Below are positions 1 to 9,317 of a DNA stretch of 32,000 nucleotides, one piece after another. Each line of letters begins with the position of its first letter. Position 1 is the first letter of the stretch. The stretch is from positions 2,831,337 to 2,863,336 of the forward strand of contig NZ_CM001976.1 in the NCBI RefSeq assembly GCF_000406145.1, in the 5' to 3' direction. Made by a program: the position numbers and the translations under genes. The stretch is from Dickeya dadantii NCPPB 898. Lineage in GTDB: Bacteria; Pseudomonadota; Gammaproteobacteria; Enterobacterales; Enterobacteriaceae. Below the pieces are notes generated by a model. It was not told where the DNA came from and made no database searches. It was given only the letters and a program-made list of their open reading frames with translations.

Positions 1-18
1 TGAAGAAATAAGAAACGA

Positions 19-696
19 ATGGCTGAGAAAAATAACCTGAACGCCCTGAACGCGCGTTTTCGTGGCTTTTACCCCGTTGTTATCGATGTCGAAACCGCCG
101 GGTTCAACGCGAAAACCGATGCGCTGCTGGAAATTGCAGCCGTAACGCTGAAAATGGATGAAAGCGGTTGGTTACAGCCGGACGAAACCTTGCATTTTCA
201 CATCGAACCGTTTGAAGGCGCAATTCTGCGGCCCGAAGCGCTGGCCTTCAACGGCATCGACCCTGCCAACCCATTGCGTGGCGCGGTGAGCGAATATGAA
301 GCGCTGCATGAAATCTTCAAAGCCGTGCGTAAGGGAATCAAAGATCAGAACTGCAATCGCGGCATCATCGTGGCCCATAACGCGACCTTCGACCACAGCT
401 TTCTGATGGCGGCGGCAGAACGCTGCGGCCTGAAACGTAACCCATTCCACCCTTTCGCCACCTTTGACACCGCCGCGCTCAGCGGGCTGGTGCTGGGGCA
501 GACGGTGCTGGCCAAAGCCTGTATTGCAGCGGAGATCCCGTTCGACGCCAGCCAGGCGCACTCAGCGCTCTATGACACCGAACAGACAGCGCAGCTGTTT
601 TGTGAACTGGTCAATCGCTGGAAGCGCATGGGCGGCTGGCCGCTGGCCTCAGGAACCGATACCGAAACGCCGCTGGCCGTCGGCAGTGAAGGGTAA
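19..696 (+). CDS. rnt: Ribonuclease T (DEDDh 3'-5' exoribonuclease)
   Basis: 225-aa ORF. Exo motifs are present: [26 protein letters not shown]. It resembles enterobacterial RNase T over its full length. The order rnt/grxD/mepH/purR/cfa/ribC/mdtK/valVW matches E. coli. Confidence 0.93.
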   Translation: MAEKNNLNALNARFRGFYPVVIDVETAGFNAKTDALLEIAAVTLKMDESGWLQPDETLHFHIEPFEGAILRPEALAFNGIDPANPLRGAVSEYEALHEIFKAVRKGIKDQNCNRGIIVAHNATFDHSFLMAAAERCGLKRNPFHPFATFDTAALSGLVLGQTVLAKACIAAEIPFDASQAHSALYDTEQTAQLFCELVNRWKRMGGWPLASGTDTETPLAVGSEG

Positions 697-780
697 GCCG
701 GCGCGAACACCGGTGGTCGTGCCAATACCCTGCGGCATCAAAGCATCATAATCGTAACGATTAAAACGATATCAGGCAGC

Positions 781-820
781 GCCGGGCTGCCTGATGCCGG
801 GCTGCCTGATAGAGAGAAGG
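781..820. terminator. GC-rich hairpin between convergent rnt and grxD, with a duplicated 3' arm
   Basis: atcaggcagc gcc gggctgcctgat forms a 10-bp stem. The 15-nt unit gccgggctgcctgat is then repeated in tandem. There is no clean T-run. Confidence 0.4.
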
Positions 821-821
821 A

Positions 822-1172
822 TTACTGCTGTTCCGCCTGCTGGGAGCGGTATTTGTCGGCGGTTTCTTTAATCAGTTGCTGCAGTTCGCCACGCTGGTAC
901 ATCTCAATCACGATGTCGCAGCCGCCGACCAATTCGCCATCCACCCACAGCTGCGGGAAAGTCGGCCAGTTGGCGTATTTGGGCAATTCGGCGCGGATAT
1001 CCGGGTTTTGCAGAATATCCACATAGGCAAAACGCTCGCCACACGCCGACAACGCCTGGACCGCCTGGGCAGAAAAACCACAGCTCGGCAATTTGGGCGA
1101 GCCTTTCATGTACAGCAGAATCGGGTTTTCAGCGATCTGAAGCTGAATTTTTTCAAGTGTCGTTGTCGTCAT
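822..1172 (-). CDS. grxD: Monothiol glutaredoxin Grx4
   Basis: 116-aa ORF with the CGFS active site (KLPSCGFSAQ) and the WPTFPQLWV motif. Typical length and synteny. Confidence 0.93.
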   Translation of the reverse strand: MTTTTLEKIQLQIAENPILLYMKGSPKLPSCGFSAQAVQALSACGERFAYVDILQNPDIRAELPKYANWPTFPQLWVDGELVGGCDIVIEMYQRGELQQLIKETADKYRSQQAEQQ

Positions 1173-1503
1173 TTTATTGCTTCCTCAAGGGCGTGATGAG
1201 CAGCCCGTCAACGGCTGTTCATATGACTCGCGGCATACCGTGCCGTGCCGCTTCTGTTGCTTTGTATTCTAACGATAGCGACGGCCACAAAAAAACGCTA
1301 TCTTTTGTAGGGTTTTATCCAGCTGAGCGTCAGCCAGAACAAAACAGCACCGAATCGGCTGATAATTAAGCAGCAGGCATCGTTGTTAACGTTTTCTCAC
1401 TATTTTGTAGTAACAATGCCTTATTCCCCACTTTTTTATCAGGTCATTTTCGGGAATACTGTAAAGATTGAACGATTGAGGACAACATTCGGTCAGAATT
1501 ATC

Positions 1504-2472
1504 ATGCGTTTATTTATTACGCTCTTTTTATTATTTTTCAGTAACCTGTTTTTTAACCTGGCACAGGCTAATCCACATAGCGCTGCGGTTTTTCCGCGCA
1601 AAACCGGCGTGGAAACGGCGAATAAAGCTATTGAGGAATCCAAAAAAAGCAAGGTTGCTAAAAATACCAAAAAGGGTGCGGCGCCCACTCATGACAAAAA
1701 GCCGGAAAAAACCGCCAAAACCGCGCCTGCCAAACCCACCGCCGCTCACGATAAAAACGTCAAACCGCACAACGATAAAAAACCGGTGACAACCACGACC
1801 TCAGCCCACGCAACCAGCAAGAAACCGACGCAGGAAAAAAGCGTGCAGGCTAAAACGCCAGCCGGCAAAACCACGAAAAAGGACGCTCCGGCACAGGCGA
1901 AGAGCAGTCACAAGACGCATGAAACCGTTATTGCCAAAACGGCAAATAAAAAAGGCAAACCTGCCGCCGTCGACGAAACCGCTACCCTATCACCACACGG
2001 CAAGAGCAAAAAAGGCAAGCAAGATAAAGCCTCGCTGACCATCAGCGCCGCTCACCAAAAGCGCTATCAGCATGCCAAACTGACCGCCATGAACAAGCTG
2101 ATGAGCCAGATCGGCAAACCCTACCACTGGGGCGGTGCGACCCCCTACTCCGGTTTCGATTGCAGCGGGCTGGTGTATTACGCTTATAAAGATGTGGTGA
2201 AAATCACGATTCCGCGTACCGCCAATGAGATGTTCCATCTGCGCGACGCCGCGCCTATCAAGAAAAGCGAACTGGAAAGCGGCGACCTGGTGTTCTTTCG
2301 GATAACCAACCGCGGTGCTGCCGACCATGTAGGCGTCTATCTCGGCAATGGTCGTTTCATCCAGTCGCCGCGTTCCGGCGCTGATATCAAAATCAGCAAG
2401 CTGAGCGAAGACTACTGGCAGGATCATTACGTCGGCGCCCGTCGCGTGGTCACGCCGAAGACGATGCGTTAA
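1504..2472 (+). CDS. mepH: NlpC/P60-family peptidoglycan DD-endopeptidase (YdhO/MepH-like) with a long Lys/Pro/Thr/Ala-rich linker
   Basis: Signal peptide MRLFITLFLLFFSNLFFNLAQA, then a ~170-aa low-complexity basic region. The C-terminal NlpC/P60 domain has the catalytic Cys (GFDCSGLVYYAY) and His (DHVGVYLGNGRFIQSP). The position matches E. coli ydhO. Confidence 0.85.
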   Translation: MRLFITLFLLFFSNLFFNLAQANPHSAAVFPRKTGVETANKAIEESKKSKVAKNTKKGAAPTHDKKPEKTAKTAPAKPTAAHDKNVKPHNDKKPVTTTTSAHATSKKPTQEKSVQAKTPAGKTTKKDAPAQAKSSHKTHETVIAKTANKKGKPAAVDETATLSPHGKSKKGKQDKASLTISAAHQKRYQHAKLTAMNKLMSQIGKPYHWGGATPYSGFDCSGLVYYAYKDVVKITIPRTANEMFHLRDAAPIKKSELESGDLVFFRITNRGAADHVGVYLGNGRFIQSPRSGADIKISKLSEDYWQDHYVGARRVVTPKTMR

Positions 2473-2509
2473 ACAATTACCATGCGTTAAACAATTACCA
2501 TGCGTTAAA
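2464..2509 (+). repeat. 18-bp tandem repeat (about 2.5 copies) spanning the mepH stop codon
   Basis: atgcgttaaacaattacc occurs at 2464-2481 and 2482-2499, followed by the partial copy atgcgttaaa at 2500-2509. Each unit re-creates ATG CGT TAA. Confidence 0.9.
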
Positions 2510-2544
2510 GCGCTTCCGCTGGAATGACGCTATCCAAATACGGC

Positions 2545-2575
2545 AAAAGGGGCATCGCGCCCCTTTTTATTTTTC
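2545..2575. terminator. Bidirectional rho-independent terminator (mepH / ynhF)
   Basis: aaaa-GGGGC-atcgc-GCCCC-tttttattttt. An A-run lies upstream and a T-run downstream, so it can serve both convergent genes. Confidence 0.75.
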
Positions 2576-2653
2576 GATAGCCGTTTTCTGGTACCTGCCG
2601 TTGACAGCGACGAATGTGTCGCTGACGATCCAGGCGCCGTTAGCGCCACGCCG

Positions 2654-2743
2654 TCAGTTCAGCACCGCGCTCAGACTAAAGATGATGATCACTGCCAGTG
2701 AAGCCACTGTGGTGAACAGCGACATTTTCAAATTAGTATCCAT
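2654..2743 (-). CDS. ynhF: 29-aa small membrane protein YnhF/CydH-like (accessory subunit of cytochrome bd-I in E. coli)
   Basis: Not in the ORF track because it is too short. The reverse strand reads caGGAGaatact ATG, giving MDTNLKMSLFTTVASLAVIIIFSLSAVLN then a stop. It has a good SD and a single TM helix. It has the same length, position (just upstream of purR) and N-terminal pattern as E. coli YnhF (MSTDLKFSLVTT..., from memory). Confidence 0.7.
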   Translation of the reverse strand: MDTNLKMSLFTTVASLAVIIIFSLSAVLN

Positions 2744-3063
2744 AGTATTCTCCTGTATGTGACCGATGATCGCCGTCATCCCGTCATGTCTGAATCAAAC
2801 CCCGATCCCGGCAGGTGGGGAAACATCATAAAGCATAGGTGTATTATCACCCGAGCGGCGTCAAAAAACCGCTTTCTGCGTCACAGAGATAAAACGAATT
2901 GCCTCTTCCACTTTTGCTCTAAATCGGCCAAAATCCGCAGTTTACTGTATACACTGCGTTGGTCGAAGCGTCAGCCCTCCCCTCAAGCTACACACCTCGG
3001 CATGTCTCCTCCTGAAATGTTGCCTTGTTGTCCGGCAGGAGATGAATTCACGCAGGCAAACGA

Positions 3064-3079
3064 TTAACAACATATTTAC
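3064..3079 (+). promoter_or_regulatory. Candidate PUR box (PurR autoregulatory operator)
   Basis: aGGCAAACGaTTaaCa compared with the consensus aCGCAAACGTTTtCnT. The left half-site is perfect and the right half is weak. It lies 51 nt upstream of the purR ATG. Confidence 0.35.
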
Positions 3080-3129
3080 TGCTGTAACAGACAACCTACT
3101 GTAACAGATGAGTTCAGGAGTCACTTTAG

Positions 3130-4155
3130 ATGGCAACGATCAAAGATGTGGCAAAACGCGCGGGCGTTTCGACCACAACCGTATCACACGTGATCAATAA
3201 AACACGTTTCGTCGCCGAAGAGACCAAGGCTGCGGTGCGCGCGGCCATCGATGAATTGCATTATTCGCCGAGTGCAGTGGCCCGCAGCCTGAAAGTCAAC
3301 CACACCAAATCCATCGGCCTGCTGGCGACATCCAGCGAGGCGCCCTATTTCGCCGAAATCATCGAAGCGGTGGAAAACAGCTGCTACGCCAGAGGCTACA
3401 CGCTGATCCTGTGCAACTCCCATAATAATCAGGACAAACAGCGCGCCTACCTTTCCATGCTGGCGCAAAAACGAGTCGACGGCCTGTTGGTGATGTGCGC
3501 CGAATATCCGCCGGAACTGCTGTCCATGCTGGAGGATTACCGCCATATCCCGATGGTGGTGATGGACTGGGGCGAAGCCCACAGCGATTTTACCGATACC
3601 ATCATCGATAACGCCTTTGCCGGCGGCTATATGGCCGGACGTTACCTGATTGAGCGCGGCCACCGCGACATCGGCGCCATTCCCGGTTCTCAGGGGCGCA
3701 ATACCGGCAGCGGGCGTTACCTGGGGTTCCTGAAAGCGTTGAAAGAAGCCGACATTCCGCTACGGGAAGAATGGGTGGTTCAGGGCGACTTCGAACCGGA
3801 ATCCGGCTACAAAGCGATGCACCAGATTCTGGCCCAGAAACAGCGGCCGACGGCGGTATTCTGCGGCGGCGACATCATGGCGATGGGCGCCATTTGCGCC
3901 GCCGACGAGCTGGGGCTGCGCGTACCGCAGGATATTTCGGTGATCGGTTATGACAATGTTCGTCACTCCCGGTATTTTACCCCGGCGCTGACCACCATTC
4001 ACCAGCCCAAGGAGCGGCTGGGGCAGGCGGCGTTTTCCATGTTGCTCGACCGCATTACCAGCAAACGTGAGGAAGCCCAGACCATCGAAGTGCATCCGAC
4101 CCTGATCGAACGCCGCTCCGTCGCCGACGGCCCGTTCCTCGATTACCGTCGTTAA
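3130..4155 (+). CDS. purR: Purine nucleotide synthesis repressor PurR (LacI family)
   Basis: 341 aa. The N-terminus [33 protein letters not shown] is near-identical to E. coli PurR as I remember it. It has an HTH plus a periplasmic-binding-like fold. Confidence 0.95.
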   Translation: MATIKDVAKRAGVSTTTVSHVINKTRFVAEETKAAVRAAIDELHYSPSAVARSLKVNHTKSIGLLATSSEAPYFAEIIEAVENSCYARGYTLILCNSHNNQDKQRAYLSMLAQKRVDGLLVMCAEYPPELLSMLEDYRHIPMVVMDWGEAHSDFTDTIIDNAFAGGYMAGRYLIERGHRDIGAIPGSQGRNTGSGRYLGFLKALKEADIPLREEWVVQGDFEPESGYKAMHQILAQKQRPTAVFCGGDIMAMGAICAADELGLRVPQDISVIGYDNVRHSRYFTPALTTIHQPKERLGQAAFSMLLDRITSKREEAQTIEVHPTLIERRSVADGPFLDYRR

Positions 4156-4264
4156 AATTCAGACGATTCTGTTATATCTCGGTTTGGCTCTTCAATCAGG
4201 CGGCATCCCGCGCCACACATGGCGACGACGCGTGCTATCGCAGCTGAACACATGACTTAACGTG

Positions 4265-4305
4265 CTGCTTTAACCCAACGAATTCTTGTCGTCGGGTTAA
4301 AGCAG
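4265..4305. other. 12-bp perfect inverted repeat (stem-loop) downstream of purR, in the cfa upstream region
   Basis: ctgctttaaccc, 17 nt, gggttaaagcag. There is no T-run, so the function is unknown. Confidence 0.4.
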
Positions 4306-4573
4306 TCATACACTCCTCACTGTCTTTAACGACAATAATTATGAGCAGACGATGCTTTCGGCATCACGCATCGCCTTCGTTTCTATACGGTCTGTTGACC
4401 GCCGCATCTTTTTCTTACGGCCAGGGATAGACGCCTTTCGTACCGCTTTTCTCTTATTTCCTCTGGGACATCCAAGGGCTGACGATGGATTGAGTCCACC
4501 GAATGCCCTCTGTGGGTACATTTGTCTAATGTGTTCCTTGCACAGGTATTTTCCGGCAAGGTAGGGAGAAGTT

Positions 4574-5734
4574 ATGAGTTTATCTTATGTGGAGGAGCTG
4601 GATGCAGCTAACCTATCCTGGTTCCGGATTGTCAATGAAATGCTATCGGCTGCCGACATCGTCATTAACGGTTCACGCCCGTTTGATATTCAGGTCAAAA
4701 ATCCCGGTATGTACAAACGCATACTACGTGAAGGCTCGCTAGGATTGGGCGAAAGTTATATGGATGGCTGGTGGGAATGTGAACGGCTGGACATATTTTT
4801 CCACCGCGTGTTAAGTGCCGGACTGGAAAAACGGCTTCCTCACAGTTGGCAAGATACGCTACGGATCCTGATGGCACGGCTGACCAACCGGCAGTCTCGC
4901 CGCCGGGCCCGGCTCGTGGTCAAGGAGCACTACGACCTCGGTAATGATCTTTTCACCATGATGCTCGACCCCTACATGCAATACACTTGCGGTTACTGGA
5001 AACAGGCCGAAACGCTGGAACAGGCGCAGCAAGACAAGCTGCGCCTGATTTGCGAAAAGCTGCAGTTGCGTCGCGGCATGACTCTGCTGGATCTCGGCTG
5101 TGGCTGGGGCGGGCTGGCGGAATTTGCCGCCCGCCATTACGGCGTCAGCGTCACCGGCGTTACCATATCCCGCGAACAGCAGACGCTGGCACAGCAGCGC
5201 TGTCAGGATCTGGATGTCACTATTCTGCTGCAGGACTATCGCGATATGAACGATATGAACTGGCAGTTCGATCGTATCACTGCTGTTGGCCTACTTGAGC
5301 ATGTCGGCCCGAAAAATTACGATACCCTTTTCCAGATAGTGAGAAAAAACCTCAAATCCACCAGCCTGTTTCTGTTGCATACCATCGGATCGAACAACGC
5401 CAGACTAAATGTAGACGCCTGGATCGACAAGTACATCTTCCCCAACGGCTGCGTGGCTTCAATAAAGCATATCGCCCAGGCCAGCGAACCCTATCTGGTG
5501 ATGGAAGACTGGCACAATTTCGGCGCAGACTATGATCGTACGCTAATGGCCTGGTATGATCGTTTCCAGCAACACTGGCCAACGTTGTCAGAACGTTACT
5601 CCGATCGCTTCCATAGGATGTTCTGCTACTACCTCAACGCCTGTGCCGGCGCGTTTCGCGCACGTGATCTCCAACTCTGGCAAATAGTATTCAGTGTGGG
5701 CGGTGTAGAGGGCGGCTTGCGAGTCCCCAGATAA
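4574..5734 (+). CDS. cfa: Cyclopropane-fatty-acyl-phospholipid synthase
   Basis: 386 aa. It is collinear with E. coli Cfa (GSLGLGESYMDGWWECERLD, the SAM motif LLDLGCGWGGLA, YYLNACAGAFRARD.QLWQ.VFS). Confidence 0.95.
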   Translation: MSLSYVEELDAANLSWFRIVNEMLSAADIVINGSRPFDIQVKNPGMYKRILREGSLGLGESYMDGWWECERLDIFFHRVLSAGLEKRLPHSWQDTLRILMARLTNRQSRRRARLVVKEHYDLGNDLFTMMLDPYMQYTCGYWKQAETLEQAQQDKLRLICEKLQLRRGMTLLDLGCGWGGLAEFAARHYGVSVTGVTISREQQTLAQQRCQDLDVTILLQDYRDMNDMNWQFDRITAVGLLEHVGPKNYDTLFQIVRKNLKSTSLFLLHTIGSNNARLNVDAWIDKYIFPNGCVASIKHIAQASEPYLVMEDWHNFGADYDRTLMAWYDRFQQHWPTLSERYSDRFHRMFCYYLNACAGAFRARDLQLWQIVFSVGGVEGGLRVPR

Positions 5735-5767
5735 TCCTGGCCCCCGGCGAATCCACATCCCGATAGC

Positions 5768-5796
5768 AAAAAACCGGCAGCCAGGCTGCCGGTTTT
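5768..5796. terminator. Bidirectional rho-independent terminator (cfa / ribC)
   Basis: aaaaaa-CCGGCAG-ccagg-CTGCCGG-tttt between convergent genes. Confidence 0.8.
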
Positions 5797-5829
5797 CATG
5801 ATGGGAGAACGTGCCAGGGAAGAAAGTGC

Positions 5830-6474
5830 TTATTCGCCCTGCTCCGCCTGTGCAGCAGCCTGCTGCGCCTGACGCGCCAGGACGCGCTCGACTGTATCGA
5901 TGATGGCCTGGGTTTGCGGGTCGATTTCGATATTGATGCGATCGCCCAGCCGTTTCTGACCCAGCGTCGTGCGCTGGAGCGTTTCCGGAATCAGATGCAC
6001 GCAAAAACGGCTGCGGGTCACCTCCCCCACCGTCAGACTGATGCCGTCAATGCCGATGAAGCCTTTGTGCAGCACATATTTCATCTGCGATTCATCAGAC
6101 AACCGGAACCAGATCTGGTGATTATTTTCCGACGTCAGGATTTTGACGATCTCCGCCGTACACATAATATGGCCGGACATCACATGCCCGCCGATTTCAT
6201 CGCCATATTTAGCGGCGCGCTCCACATTAACCCGATCGCCGACGTTGACTGCACCCAGATTAGTCAGTCGCAGCGTCTCCTTGATCAGGTCAAAACTCAC
6301 CCGGTCGCCATCGATTTGGGTGACGGTCAGGCAGCAGCCGTTGTGCGCGACGGAAGCTCCAGTTTCCAGCCCCGGCAACAGTTCGGTGGGCAGTTGAACG
6401 ACATGAGTGCGAAAATTGGGTTTTTCATCAATCGACACGACGGTCGCCGTGCCCTGAACAATACCGGTAAACAT
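5830..6474 (-). CDS. ribC: Riboflavin synthase (alpha chain; ribC in E. coli nomenclature, ribE elsewhere)
   Basis: 214 aa. It starts with the MFTGIVQG signature and has the duplicated lumazine-binding barrel ([13 protein letters not shown] / GDRINIE). Confidence 0.93.
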   Translation of the reverse strand: MFTGIVQGTATVVSIDEKPNFRTHVVQLPTELLPGLETGASVAHNGCCLTVTQIDGDRVSFDLIKETLRLTNLGAVNVGDRVNVERAAKYGDEIGGHVMSGHIMCTAEIVKILTSENNHQIWFRLSDESQMKYVLHKGFIGIDGISLTVGEVTRSRFCVHLIPETLQRTTLGQKRLGDRINIEIDPQTQAIIDTVERVLARQAQQAAAQAEQGE

Positions 6475-6734
6475 GGTGCTGGTCTTGCCTCCTGATCAGT
6501 AATAAACGTGAACGCGGCGAGTCTGCGCTCGGGAGAGACAACGTTCACTAATGTCTGGCAGTTTGCACCATATCCTCAGGAAAACCAAACGGGATCACTC
6601 TTGGTCAGCCGGCCATTGGTTTACCGTTGGCAAATCGTTACAATGCTTCATCTTTTTTTGCATAAATAAAGGATGATTGCCTTTCTCTCTTGTATTAGAG
6701 GTCTCTCTCCATCCTGCTTTAGGAAGGTGTTTTC

Positions 6735-8108
6735 GTGCAGAAGTACTTATCAGAAGCCCGCCATTTGCTGGCGCTGGCTATTCCGGTCATCATCGCGCAA
6801 GTGTCGCAAACCTCAATGGGTGTGGTGGATACCATCATGGCAGGCTCCTACAGCGCCACCGATATGGCGGCGGTGGCGGTGGGCACGTCCATCTGGCTGC
6901 CGGCGATCCTGTTCGGTCACGGTTTGCTGATGGCGCTGACGCCGGTAGTGGCTAACCTCAACGGCTCCGGACGCCGCGACCGCATCGCGCATCAGACTCA
7001 GCAGGCGTTTTTGCTGGCGGCGGCTATCTCCATCCTGACCATGGTCGTGCTCTATCAGGGGAAATACGTCATTAACCTGATGCACGACGGTGCGCCGGAA
7101 CTGGCCGACAAGGCAGTGAAATACCTGCACGCGCTGCTATGGGGCGTCCCCGGCTATCTGTTCTACCAGGTGCTGCGCAGCCAGTGTGAAGGATTGTCCA
7201 AAACCCAGCCGGGGATGGTGATCGGGTTTATCGGTCTGCTAATCAACATTCCCATCAACTACGTTTTCATTCACGGTAAGCTCGGTATGCCGGAGTTAGG
7301 CGGCGTCGGCTGCGGGGTGGCGACCGCCTCCGTATACTGGATGATGATGTTGATGATGGCGGCCTATTCCCGCCACGCCTATTGGCTGAAAGATATTCGT
7401 CAGTTCAAAACCCAATTAAAGCCGGATTGGGCCGTACTCAAGCGCCTGTCAGGCATGGGGTTGCCCATCGCGCTGGCGTTGCTGTTCGAAGTGACGTTGT
7501 TTGCGATTGTCGCGCTGCTGGTGTTGCCGCTCGGGGTGGTGGATGTGGCGGGCCACCAGATCGCGCTTAACTTCAGCTCGCTGATGTTCGTGTTGCCGCT
7601 GTCTGTCGGCGTCGCCGCCACCATTCGCGTCGGTCATCGGCTGGGCGAAGGCTCGGTGGAAGCCGCCCGGGTGGCGGCACGTACCGGCATCGCCACCGGC
7701 GTGTTGCTGGCGATGTGTACGGCTATCTTTACCATCACGCTGCGTGAACCCATCGCCATGCTGTACAACAAAAACCCGGATGTGGTGGCGATGGCCTCGC
7801 ACCTGATGCTGTTGGCGGCGGTTTACCAGGTTTCCGACGCGGTGCAGACTATTGGCAGCGGCGTGCTGCGCGGTTACAAAGATACCCGTGCCATTTTCTT
7901 TATCACCTTTATCGCCTACTGGCTGTTGGGGCTGCCCAGCGGCTATACGCTGGCGCTGACCGACATGCTGGTGCCGCGCATGGGGCCGGCCGGGTTCTGG
8001 TGGGGGTTCATCATCGGCCTGACCTCCTCCGCCACGATGATGGTGCTACGGATCCGTTGGGTGCAACGTCAATCGCCGACGCGCATTCTGGCGCGGGCGG
8101 CTCGTTGA
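6735..8108 (+). CDS. mdtK: MATE-family multidrug efflux transporter MdtK/NorM
   Basis: 457 aa with a GTG start. [37 protein letters not shown] closely matches E. coli MdtK. It has 12 TM segments and lies divergent from ribC as in E. coli. Confidence 0.93.
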   Translation: MQKYLSEARHLLALAIPVIIAQVSQTSMGVVDTIMAGSYSATDMAAVAVGTSIWLPAILFGHGLLMALTPVVANLNGSGRRDRIAHQTQQAFLLAAAISILTMVVLYQGKYVINLMHDGAPELADKAVKYLHALLWGVPGYLFYQVLRSQCEGLSKTQPGMVIGFIGLLINIPINYVFIHGKLGMPELGGVGCGVATASVYWMMMLMMAAYSRHAYWLKDIRQFKTQLKPDWAVLKRLSGMGLPIALALLFEVTLFAIVALLVLPLGVVDVAGHQIALNFSSLMFVLPLSVGVAATIRVGHRLGEGSVEAARVAARTGIATGVLLAMCTAIFTITLREPIAMLYNKNPDVVAMASHLMLLAAVYQVSDAVQTIGSGVLRGYKDTRAIFFITFIAYWLLGLPSGYTLALTDMLVPRMGPAGFWWGFIIGLTSSATMMVLRIRWVQRQSPTRILARAAR

Positions 8109-8113
8109 TGGCG

Positions 8114-8142
8114 GCAGAGCGCCGTTTTTTTCGGCGCTCTGC
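8114..8142 (+). terminator. Hairpin after mdtK (putative terminator)
   Basis: gcagagcgccg-ttttttt-cggcgctctgc is an 11-bp stem. The T-run is in the loop rather than after the stem, so confidence is moderate. Confidence 0.45.
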
Positions 8143-8193
8143 TTACAAGCGCGTCACTCAGTGTGATCTGACGGGAATTTTGCGTTTTTTCCC

Positions 8194-8222
8194 TTGCCAG
8201 CGGCGCTATAGCCCGTTAATAT
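8194..8222 (+). promoter_or_regulatory. Sigma70 promoter candidate for valV
   Basis: TTGCCA, a 17-nt spacer, then TAATAT, followed by the GC-rich discriminator tcgtccccgc typical of stable-RNA promoters. An A/T-rich tract lies upstream. The tRNA starts about 32 nt after the predicted start site. Confidence 0.55.
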
Positions 8223-8261
8223 TCGTCCCCGCTGTCGCCCTGACAGTTTTGGTAAAACAAT

Positions 8262-8338
8262 GCGTTCATAGCTCAGTTGGTTAGAGCACCACCTTGACAT
8301 GGTGGGGGTCGTTGGTTCGAGTCCAATTGAACGCACCA
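8262..8338 (+). tRNA. valV: tRNA-Val (anticodon GAC)
   Basis: 77-nt cloverleaf: GCGTTCA acceptor stem, anticodon loop TTGACAT, TPsiC arm GTTGG-TTCGAGT-CCAAT, encoded CCA. It is identical to E. coli valV as I recall it. Confidence 0.97.
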
Positions 8339-8405
8339 TTTCATATCCTATAGACGCACACTACTGTCTATAGTGTCTTGAAAATAAGAACGTTTCTATC
8401 TTCTT
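8339..8405 (+). repeat. About 65-bp tRNA-proximal segment, copy 1 (repeated after valW)
   Basis: tttcat..tatagac[n10]gtctata.tgtcttgaaaa..aga.c....tatcttctt aligns with 11834-11898. It contains the 8-bp inverted repeat ctatagac/gtctatag. Confidence 0.7.
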
Positions 8406-8449
8406 CCGTTCCTGTGAAATCTACCGAAGTCCACCCAAATTCAGTGATT

Positions 8450-8485
8450 TTAGTTACAATTATTGCGGTACATCGTGTATTGCAT
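8450..8485 (-). pseudogene. Truncated ccdB-like toxin remnant (first 11 codons only)
   Basis: An ATG 2 nt after the ccdA stop reads MQYTMYRNNCN then a stop, which resembles the MQF.VY.N start of CcdB proteins. The reading frame ends where homology to the valW-proximal segment begins. Confidence 0.4.
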
Positions 8486-8487
8486 GC

Positions 8488-8763
8488 TTAAAACGTCCTG
8501 TAATCATCGGACAGCAAGCCATGCACATCCGTGATACGATTGAGTTCCTGCAGGCCAGTGCGATTTTCTCGTTTCCATCGTTCCGCTTCTGACGTTCGAA
8601 TTTCCCGCTTCAGGGCCTCAGCAAACGTGGCCGAGAGATTACGGGCCTGCTCAACACGGCGGGCTCCAGTGTGACGCTGACCGCAACACATCCCACATAC
8701 GTTGCGATACCCGCTCAGGGTATACCACGTCTGCTTTGCGTTGAGGGGAAAGCCGAGGCTCAT
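8488..8763 (-). CDS. ccdA: CcdA-family type II antitoxin, orphan and possibly degenerate
   Basis: The C-terminal half NLSATFAEALKREIRTSEAERWKRENRTGLQELNRITDVHGLLSDDYRTF resembles F-plasmid CcdA (...RRLRAERWQAENQEGMAEVARFIEMNGSFADENRDW). The expected N-terminal ribbon-helix-helix sequence (VSVTLEPAVL) reads in another frame, suggesting a 1-nt deletion near 8660-8670. Confidence 0.6.
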   Translation of the reverse strand: MSLGFPLNAKQTWYTLSGYRNVCGMCCGQRHTGARRVEQARNLSATFAEALKREIRTSEAERWKRENRTGLQELNRITDVHGLLSDDYRTF

Positions 8764-8881
8764 GCCGGTTTTCCCCTCAATGGGTTGACACTCCTGGCAA
8801 AGTGGTGCGGTGGAAAATCAATGACGTAGTCCATTCACTACCGGTGGCTACCCCGCCATTCGGCGGGGCGCTGTGTTTTCG

Positions 8882-9076
8882 TTAAACCGTCGCTTTGCTG
8901 CGCGACCAAATCAGGTTATAGGTGCCGCCATCGTCCTCGATCAGGCGGGCGTAAATGGTCGCCGTCTGGATGCGGTAATCGTGGGCGCTGTCGCCGCTTC
9001 GGTCATTGGGAACAAACTTAACCTTGACGTTAAGGGTCAGGTTACGCCTTTGGACGATTATCTTATTGTAAGTCAT
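8882..9076 (-). CDS. Hypothetical 64-aa protein (no family recognised)
   Basis: ORF in a locally higher-GC patch. The SD is weak. It is followed by the hairpin ccccgcc-attc-ggcgggg (8844-8861). An overlapping + strand ORF (8873-9142) is equally unsupported. Confidence 0.3.
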   Translation of the reverse strand: MTYNKIIVQRRNLTLNVKVKFVPNDRSGDSAHDYRIQTATIYARLIEDDGGTYNLIWSRSKATV

Positions 9077-9317
9077 ATCGGTATCTTACTATTCCCTATG
9101 CTAAGATGCGTAGCCCCATGCAAGTCAGTAACAATCAAATAATATAAAAAATGAATTTCATTTTACTCAAGCGAATTCAAAGATAAATAATTCGCAGTAA
9201 AACCTGACAACATACTGGGTGATAACAATAAACTTAACGAAAAAATAAATGGTTGTATGTTCAATATGATAATTAAAATGGCATCAGGCAATAGGCACTG
9301 AAGTTTTCCGCACTAAC

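Noticed and set aside
172-561. Antisense or alternative-frame ORFs inside well-supported genes. Examples: 172-561, 464-751, 876-1196, 1990-2427, 3184-3663, 3760-4095, 4859-5137, 5914-6495, 6813-7130, 7449-7802, 15006-15371, 15904-16323, 16722-17192, 17581-17973, 20191-20563, 21571-21990, 22407-22775, 25045-26124, 26544-26936, 27147-27539, 28440-29000, 29420-30166, 30237-30659.
   Set aside because: Each overlaps a gene with clear family signatures on the other strand or frame. They are typical GC-rich shadow ORFs with no SD, no motifs and low-complexity Arg/Gly/Pro-rich translations.
4339-4564. ORFs of 60 and 70 aa in the cfa upstream region.
   Set aside because: They are mutually antisense, have no SD, and lie in what is expected to be a long regulatory 5' UTR.
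6475-6734. Possible FMN riboswitch upstream of ribC.
   Set aside because: The conserved FMN-element core is not visible. In enterobacteria the riboswitch precedes ribB, not ribC, and this spacer is a divergent ribC/mdtK promoter region.
8873-9142. 89-aa + strand ORF overlapping the 64-aa minus-strand ORF.
   Set aside because: It has no SD and no motifs, and its translation is hydrophobic and low in information. Neither strand can be confirmed, so only the minus-strand ORF is listed, at low confidence.
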